Made by a program: the position numbers and the translations under genes. A stretch of DNA of 64,000 nt, taken from a virus. Positions 46,801 through 56,374 of this stretch are shown piece after piece. Below the pieces are notes generated by a model, which saw only the letters and a program-made list of their open reading frames with translations, was not told where the DNA came from and searched no databases. The stretch lies in the IMG/VR virus record IMGVR_UViG_3300023184_000042, positions 32,001 through 96,000 of that record. One strand, written 5' to 3'. How positions within the stretch are numbered: the first letter of the stretch is position 1; each line of letters begins with the position of its first letter.

Positions 46801-47980
46801 TAAATTATCTTGGAGAAAAGGATGGAGAGCAGATACAGAAGATGACAAAACTTCAGGGCTTATAAGATTTTCTGAAATTAGAGTAATTAATTATCCATCA
46901 TCTGAAGGGCTGCATGTACCAACTTTACAATTAGAAGACAGTGCATTTTTATCGGATAAACATTCTACGCAACATTACGGAAATTTTAAGCCATCAGAAT
47001 TAAATGCATATGATTTAGGAAGTGATTTACTTAGTTGGAAAGATATATATACTTCAGGAGTAATTCAAATATCAAATAAGTTTGATCAAATTAAAGTTGG
47101 AAATAAAGCAGGTTACGGAAATGATGGAGAAAATTCAACATTTATAGGCTTTTATGCGGGAGCTAATTCGTATGCTAATGATAATTCTATATTAATAGGA
47201 AATGAAGCTGGTAGATATGCTAACAGTTCCGCTTCAGATGTAGTGTATATAGGAAAGGCAGCTGGTAAATACGCTTCTGACACTTCAGCTTCTATTTTTA
47301 TTGGAACTGAAGCTGGAAATAATTCTGAATACGGAGCTTCATTTTCTGAGTATAGTGTTGCAATTGGGGAACAGGCAGGTAAATTTGCATTTAATGCACC
47401 ACAATCTATTATGATAGGAAGCTCTGCTGGATTCAGTGCTAGTATGGCAAGTAATTCAGTTATAATAGGAACCAAAGCTGGGTATGCTGCGGATACAGCT
47501 CAATATTCTATATTATTAGGTTATCGATCTGGTTATGCTATGACTACCGCTAATTCTATTGGATATAATAATATAATCATAGGAAATAATATTTCGCTAC
47601 CAAGTTCAACAAATAACTCATTGAATATTGGAGGAGTGTTATTTGGAACTGGATTATATGACGATTCAGCCAATCAGTTTGCCGCTAATCCGCCATTAAC
47701 AGGTTCAGTAGCAAATGGTAAAATAGGTATTAATACACGAAATCCAGCATATAATTTAGATGTTTCTGGTTCAGGAAGATTTACAAATACATTAACTGTA
47801 ACAGGTTCTTTGTCTGTAAAAGATTTATTGATACTTACACCAAGAACAACTACCCCAACAAGTCCAGCAACAGGCTCTCTTATAATGTCTGCTTCGGGCG
47901 CATCTGGAATGTCTTTATTTGCATTTACAGGTAACGGCACAGCTGGAGGCGGCTGGGGACGAGTAGTATTGTCTTCTTAA
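43883..47980 (+). CDS. large tail fibre / virion protein
   Basis: S/G/T-rich; C-terminal IG..AG beta-helix repeats; KIGINT motif. Confidence 0.75.
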   Translation: MAKKEIFYQGLDAIPVIIEDTSLTSPDYFRVTDLPTQLNAGTNVFKFKGNVSLFPENSAVYIEILDANGLPVYYEVGIDLESQEQLAIVTVFINQDTTPGNGSIIICSTLNQSAEGQILDPSEINLRWQVPIYIDISKRNDGEIIFSEIPTVTVSSNYSQVSEIEYRDLTYNGSLASLRSKEQTQTVKMQYGVGNAATYYYNNDTPMLVLNNDKGPFVLNEPNRGFVTSSLAAVINVSSSYIVSLTPSTASVDVIPQQVSSSVISFTGSAIFAQSYATPGTGSHIAILKDPMSFAINNSNDRYYPSSATISNLHVTYTLSKKADNIYTFENKTQNTYNSVNVNFSKLTPLVGTVAKIRSYYKSSGVGEYMLLNETDITQYDTEFGFNTGSLSATFALPTTHKGEKIDFKFEFISPTGFVSKQYAEIKNTTFTGGNSYIAGDDNLITGSLYVAGSTGSGVHISGKGNAAMIRSIGYEGFAKAVAGTGRGGFVIYSGSVQPILNASENYSGVGIELFANTSSYFKYTTSGSGLLDIRTDKFFLGSTNQFISGANGNIEISSSNFHLDANGNVNMSGDINAVNGIFENVSIIGQVPSSSIASSISKQWLLESWVTSSSDRFNIQFAITSSGKPYSFTAGGTFKTGMLTWTASIESGSKNTYIGSLDSSKVYDPFPKSSYLIGGNPDLVTLEPYTSASVHVKNTYPYSASFTSMLNFGFTGSAYKGGYGFDCKPTPPTGFKKWAEVHGTYNLSSYNGIGMETTSSTSHSIVNNPFYPNIGTADGIVFPTPRVSYIPSSSLYSESSLPSYFNSGSRNAGRIQTDDAVYDGAYTFCITSEIITLDSSLIGLDSYGRLINEPLGIQFAAKYCALSTYTKLWGGYVRPGGDPSSYSTTSKTSGASYRPIGATWPEYWKRDIRCELIGIDPVDASESVILSQTQSTTGTINWSMFNIPLSLALTTETEDDIGSQVIYNKFRIKLSWRKGWRADTEDDKTSGLIRFSEIRVINYPSSEGLHVPTLQLEDSAFLSDKHSTQHYGNFKPSELNAYDLGSDLLSWKDIYTSGVIQISNKFDQIKVGNKAGYGNDGENSTFIGFYAGANSYANDNSILIGNEAGRYANSSASDVVYIGKAAGKYASDTSASIFIGTEAGNNSEYGASFSEYSVAIGEQAGKFAFNAPQSIMIGSSAGFSASMASNSVIIGTKAGYAADTAQYSILLGYRSGYAMTTANSIGYNNIIIGNNISLPSSTNNSLNIGGVLFGTGLYDDSANQFAANPPLTGSVANGKIGINTRNPAYNLDVSGSGRFTNTLTVTGSLSVKDLLILTPRTTTPTSPATGSLIMSASGASGMSLFAFTGNGTAGGGWGRVVLSS

Positions 47981-48031
47981 ATCATCAAATGATTTTCCCT
48001 TTGCGATATTTATTACAAAGAGAAAGATCAA

Positions 48032-50998
48032 ATGGCAATATCTAATTTAACAGGTCAAAAACCATATCAATCATTTCGGAATTTGATGCAAATATCATCT
48101 TCCGGGCAAGTTTATGATGGTCTAGGAAATTTAGTTACGTCTTTACAATTAACAGCATCTTTTGTATCAGGCTCTTCTAATAGCGGAGGCACTGGAGCAG
48201 GATTTCCGTTTTCAGGATCTGCAGTAATTACAGGCTCTCTTTTAGTATCAAGTTCACTTACAGTAACAGGATCTTTAAATGTAAGTGGATCAATAACTGC
48301 AAATTCAGCAATAATAGGAATTGGAACAACTGCAATAACAACTCCTAGTTATGGATTCACTCCAAACATATCGATAGCTATGAATACCGGATCTTCAGGA
48401 GCGGTATTAGGTTTAAGAAATACTTCATCAAGTTTACAACCAGGAGATGCTTTAGGGACTATTCAATTTGCAGGTACAGGAGATACAACAAATATGTATG
48501 CTTCTTCTCAAATTAAAGCAACAGTTACACAAACTCCAAGTACTGGTAATTCAGGAGGAGGTAATATTGCAATACTAACTAGCCAAGCAAGTAGTGGAGC
48601 CATTCTATTAGAGAGAATGCGAGTTAATTCTAGCGGACAAGTATTAGTAGGACTAACTTCTTCACTAGATACTACTTCTAAACTTATAGTAAGTGGGTCA
48701 ACTTCTCTATTAGCTTTACTAGTAGGATCAGGTTCATCAAATAGTACACCAATTTATGGAGCTGCACCAAATGCCGTGATAGGTATGAATACCGGATCTT
48801 CAGGAGCTGTATTAGAGCTAAGAAATACATCCCAAAGTATATCAGCAGGAAGTATTCTAGGTACTATACAATTTACCGCAGCCGGAAGTGGGGGGACATA
48901 CTCTTCTACTCAAATTTGTTCAACGGTTACAACTAGTCCTGGTTCAGGTAACTCAGGAGGAGGGAATCTCTCACTTTGGACTACTCCATCTTCGGCAGGA
49001 AGCCTAGCAGAACGTATGAGAATTAATTCCTTAGGTAACGTAGGTATTAACACAACATCCCCAAATGCAAAACTAGATGTAAACGGTAATGCAATCATAA
49101 CAGGATCACTAAACGTAACTCAAGGAATAACAGGTTCTTTATTTGGAACAGCATCTTATGCAATTCAAGCATTAAGTGCTTCTTTTGCACAAACAGCTTC
49201 TTTTGCACCTCTATACCTTCCTCTAACCGGAGGAACCATAGACGGTAACTTAACAGTAGCAGGAACAGCTTCAATTTCATACCTAAACGTAACTTTTGAA
49301 TCAGCATCAGTGATTTATTCCTCAGGTTCAAATCAATTTGGAGATGCAACTAATGATGTTCAAACATTAAATGGTACAGTAATTGTTTCTGGTTCACAAC
49401 AAATAACTGGATCACTTACAATAGCAGGTTCAATTACATCATCAGGAAATATTGTACCTTCGACAACTGCAACCTATGATTTAGGAACAACTAGTATAAA
49501 ATTCAGAGATGGTTGGTTTAGTAGAAATTTACACTCTAGTACAACTTGGACAAATAATATAGCTTTTGAAACAACAGATCTAACTGTATATAATTCAAGT
49601 GGAACTCAAATTACTGGAAAATGGTTTGGTGCAACAGGAAATCTAGCACTACAATCAGGAAGTGTAACTGCACCAGTAGACGACGGTGTAAACAGACTAC
49701 AAGTCTCAGGTTCAGCTAGAATAACAAATGGATTAACATTAACAGGATCTTTAACAGTATCAGGTTCAAATACTACTCAACTTGTAGTAGGAACTAATTC
49801 ACTATTTGTTTCATCAAGTGGCAATATTGGTATAGGAACAACAAATCCAAGCACAACCTTACAAGTTTCATCAGCTACAAATCAAGGTGTTGTTATTGGT
49901 ACAACATCATACCCTAATTGGATGGGTACAGATGGACTTTATGTAGATGGTCAATTTCGTGCAAATGCTTATCTTGTAGGCAGTGGTGGTACTATAAATT
50001 GGGGCGCAAGTCAAGCACGAATCATGGGATATAACCCCTACACAAACTCCGACACCTATCTTTCTTTCTTTACTGGTGGGACTGCTTATGGTGAACGTAT
50101 GCGTATTATTGATAATGGTAACGTAGGAATAGGTAAAACAAATCCAAGTACAACCCTAGATGTAAGTGGTAGTGTAAGTGTAACAGGTTCTTTATTAGTA
50201 TCAGGTTCAGCCAGAATAACAAATGGATTAACAGTAACAGGATCTTTATTAATATCAAGTTCAGCAGGTATGACTGTTGATGGAATTAATATTGGTAGAG
50301 GTAGTGGATACATAGAAAGTAATACTGCAATAGGTTCTTCTGCATTATATAATAATACTATAGGTACTAATAATTGTGCATTAGGAAGTAGTGCTTTATA
50401 TACTAATACAATAGGAAATAATAATGTTGCAATAGGTTCCGCTGTTTTGAATAGTAATCTAAATGGATCTCAAAATATAGGAATAGGACAAGGAGCTTTA
50501 CAAAATAGTTTAGGTAGTAATAATAATTCAATAGGACAAAGCTCATTACCTGAAATTATTTATGGAGAAAACAACATAGCATTTGGAAGATTTGCAGGTA
50601 GATATATTGCTGATAAAGCAACACTACTTACATCATCAATTGACAATAGTATCTTATTAGGACATCAAACATCCCCATTAGGACAAGGGCAAACCAACCA
50701 AATAGTAATTGGATATAATAGTACAGGTCTAGGTTCAAATACAACAGTATTAGGAAATTCATCTACAGTTACTACTGCTATATATGGTAATCTATTATTA
50801 GGAACAACAACAGATATTGCAAGTTCTAAATTAACAGTATCAAGTACCACACAAGGTGTGTTACTACCAAGAATGACAACAGTACAAGTAAATGCGATTG
50901 TTTCACCAGTACAAGGTTTAACGGTTTTCAATACAGATTTAAACACACTCTGCTTTTACACAACATCATGGCAAAAAGTAACTAGTACAGCAATGTAA
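48032..50998 (+). CDS. tail fibre protein
   Basis: TGSL repeats; ERMRI..GNVGI modules; N.AIG..AL repeats; GVLLPRMTT C-terminus. Confidence 0.8.
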   Translation: MAISNLTGQKPYQSFRNLMQISSSGQVYDGLGNLVTSLQLTASFVSGSSNSGGTGAGFPFSGSAVITGSLLVSSSLTVTGSLNVSGSITANSAIIGIGTTAITTPSYGFTPNISIAMNTGSSGAVLGLRNTSSSLQPGDALGTIQFAGTGDTTNMYASSQIKATVTQTPSTGNSGGGNIAILTSQASSGAILLERMRVNSSGQVLVGLTSSLDTTSKLIVSGSTSLLALLVGSGSSNSTPIYGAAPNAVIGMNTGSSGAVLELRNTSQSISAGSILGTIQFTAAGSGGTYSSTQICSTVTTSPGSGNSGGGNLSLWTTPSSAGSLAERMRINSLGNVGINTTSPNAKLDVNGNAIITGSLNVTQGITGSLFGTASYAIQALSASFAQTASFAPLYLPLTGGTIDGNLTVAGTASISYLNVTFESASVIYSSGSNQFGDATNDVQTLNGTVIVSGSQQITGSLTIAGSITSSGNIVPSTTATYDLGTTSIKFRDGWFSRNLHSSTTWTNNIAFETTDLTVYNSSGTQITGKWFGATGNLALQSGSVTAPVDDGVNRLQVSGSARITNGLTLTGSLTVSGSNTTQLVVGTNSLFVSSSGNIGIGTTNPSTTLQVSSATNQGVVIGTTSYPNWMGTDGLYVDGQFRANAYLVGSGGTINWGASQARIMGYNPYTNSDTYLSFFTGGTAYGERMRIIDNGNVGIGKTNPSTTLDVSGSVSVTGSLLVSGSARITNGLTVTGSLLISSSAGMTVDGINIGRGSGYIESNTAIGSSALYNNTIGTNNCALGSSALYTNTIGNNNVAIGSAVLNSNLNGSQNIGIGQGALQNSLGSNNNSIGQSSLPEIIYGENNIAFGRFAGRYIADKATLLTSSIDNSILLGHQTSPLGQGQTNQIVIGYNSTGLGSNTTVLGNSSTVTTAIYGNLLLGTTTDIASSKLTVSSTTQGVLLPRMTTVQVNAIVSPVQGLTVFNTDLNTLCFYTTSWQKVTSTAM

Positions 50999-51011
50999 TA
51001 AATAAAAACAA

Positions 51012-51341
51012 ATGATAAATTACACATGGACCTTTAGTGCTTTTGACTGCACACCAGAAAAAGTAGTAACTTCAATACATTGGAGATACAAAGGAGTAAA
51101 TGAAAATAATACTTCTCACGAGATTTACGGAGTAATAGCAGTAGGAGAACCTGACTATGAAAATTTTACAGATTTTGAAAATCTATCTTTTGAACAATCA
51201 ACAGGTTGGATTGAAAATATTTACTCACAACCAAACGAAGAACAAGAACTTACCCAATTACAAATAATGCAAAAATGTATTGCAGAACAAATTGAACTAA
51301 TAGAGAAGCCTCTATCAATAACGTTACAACCACCATTCTAA
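51012..51341 (+). CDS. tail-fibre-associated small acidic protein (chaperone-like)
   Basis: YTWT..IHWRY..FTDFENL..PPF; follows fibre gene. Confidence 0.6.
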   Translation: MINYTWTFSAFDCTPEKVVTSIHWRYKGVNENNTSHEIYGVIAVGEPDYENFTDFENLSFEQSTGWIENIYSQPNEEQELTQLQIMQKCIAEQIELIEKPLSITLQPPF

Positions 51342-51431
51342 AAAACAATTTGTATATAATGGAACAAGATATATGAGTGCTAGTTTCTTCTAGTATTTAT
51401 CAAGTTACATATTTATATTAAATAAAATTAA

Positions 51432-51761
51432 ATGATTAGAACTGCATTCAATTGGGACAATGCAACTTTTGCTTGGGATGCAAATCCGTTTGGAGCATTA
51501 CAAAGCTCTAATCCATTTAAGTGGGATGACATTGCATTACTTCAAGAGTTAGCTGGTATAATTCAAACGGGAGGGCATATAGATGATGTAAATCATCATT
51601 TAAAAAATAAAAACAAAAAACAACAATTTGTAACTCTTTGGTGTAAAGTGCAAGGCATTGAAACTAAAAGTGCAAAAGAAATAAAAAACTTCAAAGTTAA
51701 AATTTCTGACGTGGAAATGGTAATTAAAGAAGTATTTAATTCAATTAAAATAGAACTATAA
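51432..51761 (+). CDS. hypothetical late protein
   Basis: W-periodic N-terminus FNWDNATFAWD. Confidence 0.65.
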   Translation: MIRTAFNWDNATFAWDANPFGALQSSNPFKWDDIALLQELAGIIQTGGHIDDVNHHLKNKNKKQQFVTLWCKVQGIETKSAKEIKNFKVKISDVEMVIKEVFNSIKIEL

Positions 51762-52333
51762 TGTATAAACTATTCACTGATAAAACTGAAAATTTTGAAT
51801 GCAACGTCAAATTAGAGGGAGCTTCATTAAAAAACAGTGTAGCTAGAATAATAATAGAATCTGAAGATGTTAATTTATTATTCAATGGCACAATCGATTC
51901 TAAAGGAAAATGTACTATTCCAATTAAAAAACTAAAAGGACTACTTGGAGAAAATACCAAAGGTACATTGAAATTAGAAGTAATAGCAGAAGATACATAT
52001 TTTGTACCTTGGACATCTAAATTTTCAGTTGAAGCTGCTCGTAAAGTAACAGTAGAAGTAAAATCACAAAATGCTGATTTAATAGCAGAGTCTGCTCCGA
52101 AAGTTCAAATTTCCAATGTAAGAAATTCAAATCAAAACATACCACTTTCTGTTCAAAATCATGTTGTGCGATTAGTGTCTTTGCTAATAAAAGAAAATAT
52201 CAATTTAGATAATTTACGTTATAAAAAAGACAAACTTAATAACATTGTAGCAACATACCTGCAAAAAAATACAATAAAAGAAGCTCAAAAACCAGAATTG
52301 ATTCAAGGAATAATTAATAAGTTACCTAAATAA
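51761..52333 (+). CDS. hypothetical virion protein
   Basis: LEVIAEDTYFVPW. Confidence 0.7.
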   Translation: MYKLFTDKTENFECNVKLEGASLKNSVARIIIESEDVNLLFNGTIDSKGKCTIPIKKLKGLLGENTKGTLKLEVIAEDTYFVPWTSKFSVEAARKVTVEVKSQNADLIAESAPKVQISNVRNSNQNIPLSVQNHVVRLVSLLIKENINLDNLRYKKDKLNNIVATYLQKNTIKEAQKPELIQGIINKLPK

Positions 52334-52354
52334 TAAGTACTTAAATAACTAGTT

Positions 52355-54547
52355 ATGGCATTACCTAATTTAGCAGGGCAGAATATTGAAACAACCTATC
52401 AAAGGATTGTTCATACAGACGGTACTAATTACTACAATGGAGAAGGAACTTTATTAAATATAGGAGGTGGAGGCTCTACTTTTCCATACACCGGTGACGC
52501 AGTTATAACTGGGTCTCTTCTTGTATCAAGTTCACTTACAGTTTCTGGTTCGTTAAATGTATCACAAGGAATAACAGGTTCTTTATTTGGAACTTCATCA
52601 TGGGCACAAAACTCAATAAGTTCCTCATATCCTTTAACAGTAACAGGTAGTACTTTAAGGTCTACATATGTAGGAGGCAACTATGCCGCCAACATTACTA
52701 ACAGTATCTTTATAGGTAATGCCGCAGGTGCTAATGCAACGCTAGCTTCTAGCTCAGTCTTTTTAGGATTTCAAGCTGGTACAAACGCACCAAGATCTTC
52801 TAATTCAAACTTTATAGGTTATCAAGCAGGTTATCAAGCAACAAGTGCTAGTAACTCAAACTTCTTAGGTGAAAAGGCCGGTCTAAGTGCCCAATACGCT
52901 AATAATTCAAATTTTTTAGGAAATAATGCAGGTTGGTTTGCACCTTCTGCTAACAACTCAAACTTCTTTGGTCAAAGTGCAGGTTACAATGCCCAATACG
53001 CTAATAATTCAAATTTTCTTGGTTCAGGTTCAGGGTATAGTGCGAATTTTGCTAACAACTCAAACTTTTTAGGTCAAAATGCAGGTGCAAACGCAACCAA
53101 TGCTTACTATTCAAACTTTTTAGGGTTGAAAGCTGGTGCAGATGCAACTAATGCTTCATATTCAAACTTTTTAGGTCTTCAAGCTGGTTATCAAGCAACA
53201 GCTGTAAATAGTTCAAACTTTATTGGTACAAGTGCTGGTTATCAAGCAGCTAGTGCTAGTTATTCAAATTTCTTTGGATTAGGAGCTGGAACAAGTGCAA
53301 TAAGCGCTAGTTATTCAAACTTCTTAGGGTACAATGTTGGTAATGTAGCTACATCAGCCTCATACTCAACTTTAATAGGATACCAAGTAGGGTATGCGAC
53401 GCTATACCAAAATAGTATAGGACCAAATAATATTATAATAGGTACTAATATAACCCTAGCACCACAACAAAAAGATTCTATTAACATAGGAGGAATTATA
53501 TTTGCAACTGGCTCTTATTTCTCAAACGCAGTATTCTCCACTCCATTCTCAGGTTCGGTATCAGGAGCTAAAGTAGGTATAGGTACCTCAACTCCACAAT
53601 ATACGTTTGACGTGTCCGGTTCCGGAAGATATACAAATGCACTAACTGTATCAGGTTCAATAACATCTACATCTGGATTTATTAAACCAGGAGCTGGTTC
53701 TCAATACCTATTAGCGGACGGTACCACAACATCAGGAGGTGGAGGAGGTGGAGGATCAACTTTTCCATACACAGGTTCAGCTTTAATAACAGGATCTTTA
53801 GGAATAACAGGTTCACTATCAACCCTAGGTTTTGATGCTACGATAAACGGAGTAACTGTTGGTAGAGGGCAAGGTAATATAGGAACTAATACAGCAGTAG
53901 GTAATAGTGCACTTATAGTAAATACAACAGGAAGAAGTAATGTAGCTTTAGGAAAGGATACTTTAAGGCACAACAGTATAGGAGAGAATAATACAGCAGT
54001 TGGATTTTCTGCTGGATCAGAAATTACTGAAGGATCTAATAACCTACTTATAGGATTTAGTGCCGGAAACAGCATTACTACCGGAACTAAAAATATACTA
54101 ATAGGAGATGATAATAGTACTTATCCGGACCTTGGTACAGCATTTAACGGTCAAAATACTCTAAGTATATCCAAAGGTGATACCGCTTTAGGAACAGGAC
54201 TACCCCATATATGGGCACCAGATACCGTTAGCATTGAGTCAAATAGTTCAATGTTTGTAATTACAGTAAAAGCTGCTAACTATAGTTCAATGTTTGTTGA
54301 ATATACTATTGAAGATACAAATGGAAGTTTACGAGCAGGGTATATAAAAGGTGTTTGGAAACGAGACCTTTCTAAAATAAAATGGACAGAAGATACAACA
54401 GACAGTATTGGGGATACTTCAAAGTACGTATTTGACATTTATGATGCTGGAAGTGAAAATATTGGATTAAGATTAACAAACACTGATGCGTATTACGTTT
54501 ACTGTAACGTAACATCAAGATTGTTAGCAAGACCTGAAATCCCTTAA
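52355..54547 (+). CDS. tail fibre with 17-aa beta-helix repeats
   Basis: About 14 units of xSNFLGxxAGxxAxxA. Confidence 0.8.
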   Translation: MALPNLAGQNIETTYQRIVHTDGTNYYNGEGTLLNIGGGGSTFPYTGDAVITGSLLVSSSLTVSGSLNVSQGITGSLFGTSSWAQNSISSSYPLTVTGSTLRSTYVGGNYAANITNSIFIGNAAGANATLASSSVFLGFQAGTNAPRSSNSNFIGYQAGYQATSASNSNFLGEKAGLSAQYANNSNFLGNNAGWFAPSANNSNFFGQSAGYNAQYANNSNFLGSGSGYSANFANNSNFLGQNAGANATNAYYSNFLGLKAGADATNASYSNFLGLQAGYQATAVNSSNFIGTSAGYQAASASYSNFFGLGAGTSAISASYSNFLGYNVGNVATSASYSTLIGYQVGYATLYQNSIGPNNIIIGTNITLAPQQKDSINIGGIIFATGSYFSNAVFSTPFSGSVSGAKVGIGTSTPQYTFDVSGSGRYTNALTVSGSITSTSGFIKPGAGSQYLLADGTTTSGGGGGGGSTFPYTGSALITGSLGITGSLSTLGFDATINGVTVGRGQGNIGTNTAVGNSALIVNTTGRSNVALGKDTLRHNSIGENNTAVGFSAGSEITEGSNNLLIGFSAGNSITTGTKNILIGDDNSTYPDLGTAFNGQNTLSISKGDTALGTGLPHIWAPDTVSIESNSSMFVITVKAANYSSMFVEYTIEDTNGSLRAGYIKGVWKRDLSKIKWTEDTTDSIGDTSKYVFDIYDAGSENIGLRLTNTDAYYVYCNVTSRLLARPEIP
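52700..53400 (+). repeat. coding tandem repeat, 51-nt period
   Basis: TCAAA(C/T)TT(C/T)(T/A)T recurs about every 51 nt. Confidence 0.8.
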
Positions 54548-54566
54548 CAATTTAAAAATATAAAAT

Positions 54567-55169
54567 ATGCCAACAAGTCCTAATACACATTGGAAAGCGA
54601 CTCCAAATAAAACAGACCACTTAACATCAGGTTTTACAAGTAAAGTAATATACAATTTCCAATTTACAACAGGAGTAGAAGTTCCAGACCACGCGGATGT
54701 TTTTGGTTCTATACAAGGTTATGATATAAACACAAAAGGCGACTTTCATCTTCCAAACAGCTATTTTGCCGGAGATAATGGTCAAGGATTTAGAATAACT
54801 ATGTATTTTTTAAAACTAGTAGATGGAAATAATATGTCACTCAATCAATCACTTTGGAATAGGTCAGGGCTGAGTGAAGTTGTAATAGCATCACCAATTG
54901 ATTCACCCGGAATAAACTCAAATGGGGGAGAAACATTAGCCAAATACGAATGCTACCTTACTAAATTTACGGTACCAGCAGATGCTACATACATACAAGC
55001 TACAGGAAATATTATATATTCTGTAAAAGGAGATGGAAGTGGTATAGCTATGACCCCTTTCAACAACTATGTAGCTATAGATGTAAACGGAGGATATGAT
55101 TTGTATATAAAAAATGGATGTGCAGATACAATTAGAGTAGTAAGTTTAATGGTAGAAGAAATAAGTTAA
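54567..55169 (+). CDS. hypothetical beta-rich protein (fibre-associated)
   Basis: 200 aa ORF after fibre gene. Confidence 0.65.
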   Translation: MPTSPNTHWKATPNKTDHLTSGFTSKVIYNFQFTTGVEVPDHADVFGSIQGYDINTKGDFHLPNSYFAGDNGQGFRITMYFLKLVDGNNMSLNQSLWNRSGLSEVVIASPIDSPGINSNGGETLAKYECYLTKFTVPADATYIQATGNIIYSVKGDGSGIAMTPFNNYVAIDVNGGYDLYIKNGCADTIRVVSLMVEEIS

Positions 55170-55171
55170 CA

Positions 55172-55310
55172 ATGGAAACAAAACAGTTATCACAACAAGA
55201 GTTACAGTTACAATTGGAGGAGCTTTGAAACTTGGTAGATTTACTAATTTTCCTGATAATCCTGTAAATGGAATGTTAATAATGTATGGGGACAGATTAC
55301 AATAAAGTAG
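55172..55310 (+). pseudogene. deletion scar joining fragments of lost genes
   Basis: METKQLSQQELQ joined through GTTACA-GTTACA to out-of-frame VTIGGALKLGRFTNFPDNPVNGML. Confidence 0.45.
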
Positions 55311-55380
55311 TCTAAATGTAAATTACATAAATTCATTAAGAGTTATCAAGTTACATATTTATATATAAAATAAAACTCAA

Positions 55381-56370
55381 ATGGCTATAACGAATTTATC
55401 AACCCAGCATATATCTGCTTCATATCAATATTTAGCTCAGATATCACCGTCTGGAGACATTTACGATGGTTTAGGTAACCAAATTACTTCATTAAATTTA
55501 GCGAATGCAACATTTAATTCAATAAAAAATGCAGATTCAGCTTCATATGTCAATACATTAAATCAAACATTAATATTATCTGGCTCATTAAGAGTATCAG
55601 GCTCACAAAATTTTGTAGGAACTAAAACACTTTCAGGATCTATTTTTATAACAGGTTCTAAATTTATAGTAGGCGATAATTACATAACAGGTTCACATAA
55701 CGTGTCAGGTTCAATAACACTGACAGGGCCTTCTATACAAAATTCAGCTTCATTAGGGTCAACATTAATTTCCGGTTCAATGGAATTTGACGGTTCAACA
55801 TTTTATAGAACAGTTGATTCTTCAGGAAGAACTTTAAATGCAAATCATCATTTATTTTATTTACCTACATCGATAGCTCATACAGCATCTATTCAAACAG
55901 ACGCATTTTCAGGTTCGTTAAACGTATTCCAAATGCAAGCTAATTCATTGTATGAAGTACAATATAATTTATTTTATACTAAAACAGGAAACGGGGCAGT
56001 AACTTGGAATATTTTCAGTGTTGATCAAACTATGCAAAATATACACGCTACTATAGATGCTTCGGCAGCTGGAGGAACCAGTCATTATTATGCTACAGAT
56101 GCATTAGCAACTGGGGGCTCTCCGATTACATCGGCAGTAATTAACAAAGTAAATACAGTTAACGCTTCAATTACGCTTCCATCGTTAACGAACGCCACTA
56201 ATCATAAAGCAATTATCAAAGCTTTAATTTGGAGTCATTCAAGTTTACCATCTAAATTAAAACTTCAAATTACTCAAGCAGGAACGAATACAACTATATG
56301 GCCAGGTTCATATTATACAATTAAAAAATTGCCAGTAGCATCAGTAGGAACATTTACGTTATCACCATAA
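55381..56370 (+). CDS. short tail fibre-like protein
   Basis: N-terminus homologous to 48032 and 52355 proteins; SGS repeats. Confidence 0.7.
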   Translation: MAITNLSTQHISASYQYLAQISPSGDIYDGLGNQITSLNLANATFNSIKNADSASYVNTLNQTLILSGSLRVSGSQNFVGTKTLSGSIFITGSKFIVGDNYITGSHNVSGSITLTGPSIQNSASLGSTLISGSMEFDGSTFYRTVDSSGRTLNANHHLFYLPTSIAHTASIQTDAFSGSLNVFQMQANSLYEVQYNLFYTKTGNGAVTWNIFSVDQTMQNIHATIDASAAGGTSHYYATDALATGGSPITSAVINKVNTVNASITLPSLTNATNHKAIIKALIWSHSSLPSKLKLQITQAGTNTTIWPGSYYTIKKLPVASVGTFTLSP

Positions 56371-56374
56371 AATC

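Noticed and set aside
52700-53400. Non-coding repeat array
   Set aside because: In-frame 17-aa beta-helix repeats with synonymous variation.
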